Below, in pieces: positions 28,049-36,162 of a stretch of 64,000 nt of DNA. Position 1 is the stretch's first letter; each line of letters opens with the position of its first letter. Under the pieces are notes generated by a model. The model had not been told where the DNA came from. It searched no databases and was given only the letters and a program-made list of their open reading frames with translations. Made by a program: the position numbers and the translations under genes. The stretch is from Candidatus Melainabacteria bacterium 17Bon1m (GTDB taxonomy: Bacteria > Cyanobacteriota > Vampirovibrionia > Obscuribacterales > Obscuribacteraceae), in NCBI GenBank assembly GCA_032128875.1, contig JAVLKG010000001.1, positions 857,353 to 921,352 on the forward strand, read 5' to 3'.

Positions 28049-29410
28049 ATGACGTTTTTACGCGCGGCGCTTGCTATTCTGCTTGTCTGCATGCTCTCGG
28101 CGGGATATTTCCTGTTCGGGAAGTACCAGGCGCTTTCTGAGGCGCATGAATTGCGCCAGCAGGTCGTGACAATTGCGATACCGCGTGGTGCCACCTTTGA
28201 AGATACCCTGGCGCTGCTTTCAAGAGAAGGCATCATCTCTGACATTTTGCCATTGCGTATATATCTGAAGGCGACAAATAGTACACCGATTGTGCAAGCC
28301 GGCAGTTATCAATTTCATTCGCCGATTTCACCGCTTGGTGCGGTTGATGTCCTGCGTGGTGGAGCGCATTCAGACAAGCTGACCATTCTTGAAGGCTGGA
28401 ATAGATTTGATATCGCACGCGCCATGCGTAGCGTTCGTGCGCTTAAGCTCAGGAGTGACACTGAAGCTCTACCGCTTTTGAATGACGTATCGCTGATATC
28501 CGACATTGATCCGCTGGCGAGAAACCTTGAAGGATATTTGTATCCGGATACTTACTTTATCGTTGAGCGTATGACGCCCAAGGAAGTCGTGAAGGGGATG
28601 GTCACGCGCTTTCGCAAGGTGTGGAAGGAACATCTTGCAAGCAGGGCATATGAGCGCAAAACTTCGATTCACGAGGTTGTTACTGTAGCTTCGTTGATCG
28701 AAACCGAAGCTAAGCTAGAGTCAGAGAGAGCCAAGGTTGCATCGGTAGTCTACAATCGTATCAGTCGCGGTATGCCGCTTGGTATTGATTCGACGATTGT
28801 TTATGCTGCAAAGATTGACGGTAAGTGGCGCAACGATGGAAAGGTCTATCAATCGGATATCGATCGTCGTTCGCCATACAACACTCGGATTTTCAAAGGT
28901 TTGCCGCCCGGACCCGTAGGTTCGCCAGGTTTGTCTTCGTTGAAGGCTGCGCTCAATCCGGAGAACACAACTTATTTGTACTATGTGCGCAACCCCTACC
29001 AAGACAATGGTGCGCACAACTTCTATTCGAGTGCAGCTGAGTTTGAAACTGGTGTTGCGATGCTTCGAAATTGGGAGCGAAAACAGGCAAGTGCTCCGGC
29101 ACCGTCTGTTCCGACTCAATCGCCTGCAGCACAAACAATTCCTGCACCAGTAGTGGTGCCTGGCCCTGGGGCGTTGTTGAAGACGCCACAAAGGGGTTAT
29201 GTTCAAAACCCGCTCAATTCTAGTTCTGCATCAACCTCTCTACAGGCAAGAGTAAATGCTGCTCGGGAAAGTTCTGCAAAACAAAGCAAAACCGCTAAGC
29301 CGGCTCAGCGCCCAACCAAAGTGGCGCAGTCTCAGTCGCGCAGAACAACTCATGTTCAGAAAAAAAGTACAAAGGCATCCTCGAGCTCTGGACGCAGACA
29401 TAGAAGGTAA
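28049..29410 (+). CDS. mltG: Endolytic transglycosylase with basic disordered C-terminal tail
   Basis: N-terminal TM, TILEG, LEGYLYPDTY, ASLIETE, VYNR....MPLGIDST, SPYNT...GLPPGP. Confidence 0.93.
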   Translation: MTFLRAALAILLVCMLSAGYFLFGKYQALSEAHELRQQVVTIAIPRGATFEDTLALLSREGIISDILPLRIYLKATNSTPIVQAGSYQFHSPISPLGAVDVLRGGAHSDKLTILEGWNRFDIARAMRSVRALKLRSDTEALPLLNDVSLISDIDPLARNLEGYLYPDTYFIVERMTPKEVVKGMVTRFRKVWKEHLASRAYERKTSIHEVVTVASLIETEAKLESERAKVASVVYNRISRGMPLGIDSTIVYAAKIDGKWRNDGKVYQSDIDRRSPYNTRIFKGLPPGPVGSPGLSSLKAALNPENTTYLYYVRNPYQDNGAHNFYSSAAEFETGVAMLRNWERKQASAPAPSVPTQSPAAQTIPAPVVVPGPGALLKTPQRGYVQNPLNSSSASTSLQARVNAARESSAKQSKTAKPAQRPTKVAQSQSRRTTHVQKKSTKASSSSGRRHRR

Positions 29411-29418
29411 TTTTCGCA

Positions 29419-30435
29419 ATGGAAAATGCCGTCAGCGTTTCGCAGCTCGTCAAGAATTTTGTGTTGAAAAAACGCGCGGGAATGCGTTGGACAGAATCTG
29501 AAGTTAAGGCTGTGGACGGCATCACGCTGTCGATCGAGAAGGGGCAGTCAGTTGCTTTCATAGGACCTAATGGTGCCGGTAAATCTACAACTATTAAAAT
29601 GCTTACCGGTATTTTGCATCCGACTTCAGGAGAGGCAAATGTGCTCGGCTGTGTTCCGTGGAAAGAGCGGACTCGACTGGCGAAACGCATTGGCGTGGTC
29701 TTCGGTCAGCGCTCGCAACTGTGGTATCACTTACCACCTCGCGATACTTTTGAACTCTTGTCCAAGATTTACGAGATAAAGCAGGACGTTTTCAAATCAC
29801 GACGAGATATGTTGATCGAGCGTTTTCAACTCTCGGAGTTTCTCGATACACCAGTGCGCAAGCTTTCATTGGGACAGCGAATGCGTGCTGAAGTTGCCTG
29901 CAGCCTTTTGCATGGGCCGGAAGTGATTTTCCTGGACGAACCGACAATTGGCCTTGATGTGATCGCTCGACAAGAATTGCGTGATTTGATCAGTGAGTGG
30001 AACAGAGAAAACGGCGTTACTGTTTTTCTTACGAGCCACGATGCTGGTGATATCCAGCATGTCGCAAGGCGTGTAATTGTCATAAACCACGGGCGCGTCG
30101 TCCTGGACGATCGTGTCTCTCGTGTACGCAGGCAGTATTTAAGAGAGAAAGTTCTCAGCGTCAAGTACGCAGATACACCTGAATCCATATCACTTGATGG
30201 TGTTAAAACCCTCAAAGAGTCCGGGCATGCTTTCAAGTTTGAAGTCGACACATTGGCTGTCCCGATTGAGAAAGTGATGTCGGAGATCATGCGCATTGGC
30301 TCCGTTGTAGACATCACAATTGAAGACCCGCCGTTGGAAGAAGTCATCGCGCACATCTATTCCGCTCCGCCAAGTGAGTTTGGTGAGGATGCTGCAGACG
30401 ATGATGATGCAGACGAAAATGAGAGTAAATCTTAA
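29419..30435 (+). CDS. ABC transporter ATP-binding subunit
   Basis: GPNGAGKST, LSLGQRMR, FLDEPTIGLD, TSH. Confidence 0.95.
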   Translation: MENAVSVSQLVKNFVLKKRAGMRWTESEVKAVDGITLSIEKGQSVAFIGPNGAGKSTTIKMLTGILHPTSGEANVLGCVPWKERTRLAKRIGVVFGQRSQLWYHLPPRDTFELLSKIYEIKQDVFKSRRDMLIERFQLSEFLDTPVRKLSLGQRMRAEVACSLLHGPEVIFLDEPTIGLDVIARQELRDLISEWNRENGVTVFLTSHDAGDIQHVARRVIVINHGRVVLDDRVSRVRRQYLREKVLSVKYADTPESISLDGVKTLKESGHAFKFEVDTLAVPIEKVMSEIMRIGSVVDITIEDPPLEEVIAHIYSAPPSEFGEDAADDDDADENESKS

Positions 30436-31223
30436 TGAGCAAGTATTTCTACATTGCTCTGACCAGCATCCGTTCTCGACTCGCTTATTTAGGCGAACTC
30501 GGCAGCAAAACGATCTTCCTGTTCGTCGTTTTGTATATCTTCCTTTGTCTTTGGAAAGTCACTTACGCAGAGACAAACCAAAGTTCGCTCGGCGGATTGA
30601 GCTTGAAACAGATGCTCTGGTATTTGGTCGTAACAGAGTCAATCATCATGTCTCTACCAACTATTGCAACACTGGTCGATCAAGATGTAAGAACCGGCGC
30701 ACTGGCCATGCAGCTCGTGCGTCCAATGTCTTATCCGCTAAACATGTTAGCGCAAACCTCGGGTGAGCGCGTCCTTTCCTTTGCTCTTAATTTCCTGGTC
30801 GGATCTATCATAGCGCTGACTTTTGTGGGACCGCTGGATTTCAATATAAGTGGAATTGCAATGTTCTTGCTATTGATTCCGCTCTCGTTTGCGCTCGATT
30901 TCACAATTTACTTTCTCATTGGCTTGGCTGCTTTCTGGCTTGAGGACACTACCGGCTTGACACTCATCTACTCACGGATGACCATGATTCTCGGAGGCAT
31001 GCTAATTCCGTTGGAGCTTTTCCCTGACGGCTGGCAGCAAATTCTTCGAGTGCTTCCTTTCTCTGCAATTGTGTACGGACCTGCGAGAGTTTTTGTCACT
31101 GGCGATCTTCAGGTGTTTCTCTCCGTTCTTATCCAGCAAATTGTTGCAATTCTCGTTTTTGCATTTGTCATTCGTATCGTCTACAACCTTGCGCTACGGC
31201 GCGTTTTTTCGCATGGAGGTTGA
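30435..31223 (+). CDS. ABC-2 family (DUF990-type) permease
   Basis: About 6 TMs, DVRTG...LVRP, GGMLIPL..FP; overlaps ATPase stop (TAATG). Confidence 0.88.
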   Translation: MSKYFYIALTSIRSRLAYLGELGSKTIFLFVVLYIFLCLWKVTYAETNQSSLGGLSLKQMLWYLVVTESIIMSLPTIATLVDQDVRTGALAMQLVRPMSYPLNMLAQTSGERVLSFALNFLVGSIIALTFVGPLDFNISGIAMFLLLIPLSFALDFTIYFLIGLAAFWLEDTTGLTLIYSRMTMILGGMLIPLELFPDGWQQILRVLPFSAIVYGPARVFVTGDLQVFLSVLIQQIVAILVFAFVIRIVYNLALRRVFSHGG

Positions 31224-31226
31224 AGA

Positions 31227-32021
31227 ATGAGCTGGTTGACTTCTTATGCAAATCTCGCTTCAGCCTATATCAAAATCAATTTCAAGTCGTTGCTTGCATA
31301 TCGTGGTGCCTTTATCTCGCAAATGGTGGCGATGTTTATCAATGATTTTGTTTGGATTGCGTTCTGGTGCTTGTTCTTCACGCGCTTTCCAGTCGTTAAG
31401 GGCTGGGGCGTCAACGATGTAATCACTCTCTGGGCAATTGCGGCGTCTGGATTCGGACTGGCACATATGATTATGGGCAATGCACTTGCGCTGCCGGGCA
31501 TCATCATGCGAGGCGAGCTTGATTCGTGGTTGCTCTATCCGCGTGCCGTTTTGCCACACCTCTTGCTGGGCAAAAGCAGTGCGAGTTCGTGGGGCGATTT
31601 CCTCTTCGGCATTGTCGTGTACGTAATCTTTGTAAAACCAGACCTCCCTCACTTCACCCTCCTCATGGCGCTTATCTGCTCAGTGGCAGTGTTGTTTGTG
31701 GGCTTCAGTGTTTTCACCGGGAGCCTGGCGTTTTTCATGGGCAGCGCGGAGTCTGTTTCGACTCAATTGCGCATCGCGATGATCACATTCAGCACCTACC
31801 CGTCACCAATATTTCAAGGCTTCGTCAAGATCTTGCTGTTTACGCTATTGCCCGCGATGTTCGTGAGTCACCTGCCCGTAAGTGCACTGAGAAACATGTC
31901 AATGATTGACGCCCTGTATTCCTTTGGCGGTGCGCTGGGCGTACTCTTCGCCGGAATAATCATGTTTTACGTCGGTCTGCGCCGCTACGAATCAGGCAAC
32001 CTCATGGAAATGCGCGGATAA
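31227..32021 (+). CDS. ABC-2 family (DUF990-type) permease
   Basis: About 6 TMs, YRGAF, GELD..LLYP, YP..IF, GLRRYES. Confidence 0.88.
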   Translation: MSWLTSYANLASAYIKINFKSLLAYRGAFISQMVAMFINDFVWIAFWCLFFTRFPVVKGWGVNDVITLWAIAASGFGLAHMIMGNALALPGIIMRGELDSWLLYPRAVLPHLLLGKSSASSWGDFLFGIVVYVIFVKPDLPHFTLLMALICSVAVLFVGFSVFTGSLAFFMGSAESVSTQLRIAMITFSTYPSPIFQGFVKILLFTLLPAMFVSHLPVSALRNMSMIDALYSFGGALGVLFAGIIMFYVGLRRYESGNLMEMRG

Positions 32022-32093
32022 TTTTTCGCGTCTGTCTTTGTTGTAATATATGCCGCAGACCTGCGCACCGCGGCTCAAGGAAGACTGCTTGGC

Positions 32094-33470
32094 ATGACCG
32101 TCGAGATTCCCACGCTAAACGATCAAAATTCGGAAGTGCATTTCGAATTGAAGAAAGGCGAATCATTTTTGATTGGCAGATCGCAGGTGCGTAAGTCTGA
32201 GCGCCAAATTCTCATTCAAGACATAACTGTTTCCAATCAGCATGTTGAATTGTTTGCACACCCCGAAGGAATAAGTGCAAAAGATTTGAAGAGTACGAAT
32301 GGAACTGCCATCGATGGCGAGTGGCTTCGCGCGGGCATCTCTTTTCCTGTGCGCAATGGTAGTTTGATGCTGCTCGGCAAAAAGGGAACCGCGTTTTTGC
32401 AGGTGTTTTTTGAATCGAATGGCGATGATACGCATAAAGTAACTGTTCTAAGAACGTCTCCAAAGATCGATGAGGAAACCGAAAGCATCGGTGAAGATTC
32501 GGATGTTGCACAATGGCTCGAGCGCTGTCGCGAAACCGATACTGCGATATGTCCTGTTTGCCATAAAACCTACGATGGAAAAAAGGTTTTGATTTGTCCG
32601 GCGGATGGTGGTTATCTCGGTCGGCGTGAGCATCCGCAAGGCGGACCGGTAGCTGCGAAACACTACAAGTTGTGCAACTACATAGGCACCGGTTCACTCA
32701 CCGAAGTCTATAAAGTCGAGCACGTGCGATTGGACCGCCCGTATGCACTTAAAGTTTTTCACTCCGGTGTTCATCGCGAAACCGAAACCGCTCACATCAT
32801 TCAATCCGCGAAGCAATGGGCACGTTTAGAACACGCCTCAATCGCATCTGTGGTCGAGTGGGGTTGGCTCACCAAGGACGAGCTCTTCATCGTAATGGAG
32901 TATTTCCAAAATCCATCGTTGGAGCAATACGTCAAAACCAACGGACCTCTCTCAGTGCAAGAGCTTGTGAAAGTGTTTATCCCTGTGTGTAACGCACTAA
33001 AATACGCGCATGCACAGGGCGTTTTCCACAGCAATCTGAAGCTGAGCAAGATTTATGTCTCGAATTTGAAAGCACATCCGGTTGTGAAAATTTCCGATTT
33101 CGGATTGACCGACAAATTGGTGAAGAGTTTAGGATGGGTTAAAGCAACTTTGCGAACTCGCGACCAAACCGGAGAACCGCTCACAACTAGCCCTGAGTAT
33201 TGGCAGGGCGAGGGTCTCACTGTCGCTTCCGATATCTATGCTATTGGTTGCGCCATGTATCACGCGCTAACAGGCGTTCCTGTTTTTGAGAAGAAACGAA
33301 CAATGGAGACGATAGCTGCACATATTTACTCGGAGCCTGCGCCAATTCCAGAGAAGCTTCAAGTCCCGCAGGCGATGCGCGATATCGTGGAGCGTTGTTT
33401 GAAAAAACAGCCTGAAGAGCGGTATCAGACGATAGATGAATTGATTTCCGCGCTTGAAGCAGGAACGTAG
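32094..33470 (+). CDS. FHA domain + zinc ribbon + Ser/Thr kinase-like protein
   Basis: FHA IGR..VSNQH..DLKSTNGT; CPVC..CPADG; YALK, DFG, SPE, SDIYAIG; catalytic loop HSNLKLSK. Confidence 0.88.
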   Translation: MTVEIPTLNDQNSEVHFELKKGESFLIGRSQVRKSERQILIQDITVSNQHVELFAHPEGISAKDLKSTNGTAIDGEWLRAGISFPVRNGSLMLLGKKGTAFLQVFFESNGDDTHKVTVLRTSPKIDEETESIGEDSDVAQWLERCRETDTAICPVCHKTYDGKKVLICPADGGYLGRREHPQGGPVAAKHYKLCNYIGTGSLTEVYKVEHVRLDRPYALKVFHSGVHRETETAHIIQSAKQWARLEHASIASVVEWGWLTKDELFIVMEYFQNPSLEQYVKTNGPLSVQELVKVFIPVCNALKYAHAQGVFHSNLKLSKIYVSNLKAHPVVKISDFGLTDKLVKSLGWVKATLRTRDQTGEPLTTSPEYWQGEGLTVASDIYAIGCAMYHALTGVPVFEKKRTMETIAAHIYSEPAPIPEKLQVPQAMRDIVERCLKKQPEERYQTIDELISALEAGT

Positions 33471-33570
33471 ATTGGAAAGTCATGGAGTTTGCTCCACGGC
33501 GCCCTTCCTGAATGCAGAAAATTGATGTAAGATGACCTAAGAAAGTTTTCCGCAAACAGCATCAATAACT

Positions 33571-33777
33571 ATGAAGCGCAAATTCTCGGCTAGCGTTTGG
33601 AAAGAAGATGATATCTACGTCGCCCAGTGTTTGGAAGTCGACGTGGCAAGTCAAGGCGACAGTGAAGAAGGCGCCCTAAGGAATCTGAGCGAAGCGCTTG
33701 AGCTTTATTTTGAACCTCCCAGTCCAACAATGCTTCCAAAGGTTACAACCATAGAGGTTGAAATCAGTGCCGCTTAA
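33571..33777 (+). CDS. hicB: HicB-family antitoxin (short, no DNA-binding domain)
   Basis: E..YVAQC.E..VASQGDS.E.AL.NL.EALELY. Confidence 0.88.
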   Translation: MKRKFSASVWKEDDIYVAQCLEVDVASQGDSEEGALRNLSEALELYFEPPSPTMLPKVTTIEVEISAA

Positions 33778-33991
33778 ACCTCTTTCGTACAGAGAGGTAA
33801 AGAAACGACTGGAGAGTGTGGGCTTTGTTGTGGCAACGCAAAAAGGAAGCCACGTTAAGTTTGTTCGTACTGAAAACGGAATGGTTCTGACAGCAATTGT
33901 TCCTAAGCACGATGAGATTGCTATCGGAACATTGAAGAGTATTTTGAGGCAGGCCGGAATAAACTTGGAGCAGTGGAACTCAATGAGTTGA
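33767..33991 (+). CDS. hicA: HicA-family mRNA interferase toxin
   Basis: REV.K.L...GF....QKGSH..F.....IVP.H.EI..GTLKSIL.QAG; GTG start behind GAGG. Confidence 0.9.
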   Translation: MPLKPLSYREVKKRLESVGFVVATQKGSHVKFVRTENGMVLTAIVPKHDEIAIGTLKSILRQAGINLEQWNSMS

Positions 33992-33994
33992 AGC

Positions 33995-34360
33995 CTAGTC
34001 GTTAACGCCGATTTCGGTGAAGAGGTAGTTTCCTTTCACCTTTTCGAAGATATAAATCTCTTCACCACAGAAAGCAAAGTATGCGGTCTTGTCTTTGACT
34101 GGGGTCTGTTTCAGCAAGCAGTCTCTTTGCTTTTTCGCGAAAATCTCATTGCAATACACTATGAACTTTTTCCTGTCCATTGGTTTGTCGTACGAGTTGT
34201 ATGGCAAGCGCGTCATTGAGGCAATTGCTTCTTTGTCGTTCTTCTGCAGAGCAGTTTTAAACTTTGTCCAGAACGCATCGAACTCTGCGTCTTTTCCAAA
34301 CGCTGCGGGAGACAAAAGTGTGATTAGAGAGAAAATCGCGATCAAAGTTCTGCTGAACAT
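33995..34360 (-). CDS. Small exported hypothetical protein
   Basis: Signal peptide (..PAAFG), F..FW.KF..A....DK..IA motif. Confidence 0.65.
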   Translation of the reverse strand: MFSRTLIAIFSLITLLSPAAFGKDAEFDAFWTKFKTALQKNDKEAIASMTRLPYNSYDKPMDRKKFIVYCNEIFAKKQRDCLLKQTPVKDKTAYFAFCGEEIYIFEKVKGNYLFTEIGVND

Positions 34361-34486
34361 ACGCATCTCCAGGTGCAAGCAACGCGGACGGCTTTTACAT
34401 TGACAGCCAATGTCGCCTGAATAACCGAATATAATATCTCATCTACTCGAATGTTGGCTCATTATCAAACAAAGAGGTCGCTAACT

Positions 34487-34873
34487 ATGGAGCAGGACTA
34501 TGAGCAGCTGGTGCAAGAGCTTGTGATGAGAGGTACGCTGGATGCTAAGGATCGAAAACGTCTAAATGATTGCAGCAAGTTACCTATCCCTAAAGCTCAT
34601 GTAGCTGAGGTCGTGAGTAAAGCCCTGGAAGTGGCGGGCATCTTTCCTCAAACCGCATTGAAACAAGCAGGCACAGCAATTTATGAAGGTCATGTCCTGG
34701 AAAGGCTTGATGATGGGAGAATCGAGTTGCGATGCCAGCGTCACCAGGCAATGAATCCGTTTCAACTCGCAGAAGCGAGATCGTTAGGAATCTTCCCGGA
34801 TGCAGCGACGGCAATTTTCAGATTTATTGAATTAGAATGGCCGCGCGGTATTGATGGAGTAGCGCTGAGGTAG
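34487..34873 (+). CDS. Hypothetical protein
   Basis: 128-aa ORF with GAGG RBS. Confidence 0.55.
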   Translation: MEQDYEQLVQELVMRGTLDAKDRKRLNDCSKLPIPKAHVAEVVSKALEVAGIFPQTALKQAGTAIYEGHVLERLDDGRIELRCQRHQAMNPFQLAEARSLGIFPDAATAIFRFIELEWPRGIDGVALR

Positions 34874-34908
34874 AAAAATGGTCCCATGTCTTTGTGAGGT
34901 AACTCGGT

Positions 34909-36162
34909 TTGCGGCATCCTAAAGCAAGAATCATTCTGGTTTTGTCTGTTGTGCCGCTTCTGCTTGCGTTTCTTTTCCTTGGTAGTAAGACATACAACAA
35001 GTTGGGTTCTTTGGACTCTAAACACCGGACAGGGTGGAGTCAAAAGGATCTCATCATCACCTACAGCTGTTCGCCACCGCCGGAAGAACGTTATGTAAAG
35101 GCGATTGCGGAGCAAGGCTACAACCTCTTGCCGATTGCTGAGGATGCTCTGCCATTTGCTGAAAAGTACAACGTCAAGGTTTTGCTTCAGCATGCACTGT
35201 TCAACATCAAAACGATGGAAAGTCCTATTGAACTCGAGCAGCTAAATGCACTGATTGATCGAGTTAAAGATAATCCTGCGCTTGAAGGCTATTACATTTT
35301 CGACGAACCTCAGGAAGCCGACTTTCCAAAGCTTGCGAAGCTTGTTCGACACATAAAAGCGCGTGATCCGCACCACTTTTGCTTCGTCAATTTGCTGCCG
35401 ATATTTGGTGTCAGAACAAAGAAAATCAAAGACCCGTCGCTGGTCTACAAAGATCACATCAATGAGTACATTCGGCAGTTCAAACCCGACTTACTCAGTT
35501 ATGACTATTACCCTTTTGTCAAATATGCAAAGGCTGAAGATGGACTTTACTTCATTCAACTTCGCTTGATGCGGGATTGTGCAAGGAAAGCCGAGATTCC
35601 TTTTATGAATATTATTCAGGCGTGTCAATGGGATGTGAAGGATTGGCTGATGCCGACTCCTGCACAGTTGCGGTGGCAAGTATATACATCGCTTGCGTAC
35701 GGTGCCCGGGCCATCAATTACTTTCTGTACTGGGGACCAAAAGCCTTTGGAGGCATGTATCAGGATGGTGTTGCAACCCCGCTGGTCGACGCTGCCGCTA
35801 TTTTAAACAAAGAGATGAAAGCGCTGAGCTCGACGCTGATGTCTATGGAATCACTCTACATATTTCAAACTGACCCATTACCACCAGGTGCGTTGCCTAT
35901 GCCCTATGGTTGCCCGTTGCAAATTACGTCACCGGGCCAATTTGTTGTTGGAGTCTTTGGCGAAGACCGGAAAGAGAAAGCATTTATGATCGTCAATCGT
36001 GATTTTTCAAAACCAGTTGTCGCGAGAGTAAAAGTGCTTGGAGCCGAGGCGCTCAGTGAGTTGCAGCGCCGCGACTCCACCTGGAAGACCGTCAGTCCGA
36101 ATCAAAATGGTGAATTTGAAATTTCGCTGGAACCAGGAGACGGACGGTTTTTTAGGTTCTAG
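34909..36162 (+). CDS. Membrane-anchored putative glycoside-hydrolase-like (TIM-barrel) protein
   Basis: N-terminal TM; PALEGYYIFDEP, DPHH, SYDYYP, LAYGARAINYF.Y. Confidence 0.6.
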   Translation: MRHPKARIILVLSVVPLLLAFLFLGSKTYNKLGSLDSKHRTGWSQKDLIITYSCSPPPEERYVKAIAEQGYNLLPIAEDALPFAEKYNVKVLLQHALFNIKTMESPIELEQLNALIDRVKDNPALEGYYIFDEPQEADFPKLAKLVRHIKARDPHHFCFVNLLPIFGVRTKKIKDPSLVYKDHINEYIRQFKPDLLSYDYYPFVKYAKAEDGLYFIQLRLMRDCARKAEIPFMNIIQACQWDVKDWLMPTPAQLRWQVYTSLAYGARAINYFLYWGPKAFGGMYQDGVATPLVDAAAILNKEMKALSSTLMSMESLYIFQTDPLPPGALPMPYGCPLQITSPGQFVVGVFGEDRKEKAFMIVNRDFSKPVVARVKVLGAEALSELQRRDSTWKTVSPNQNGEFEISLEPGDGRFFRF

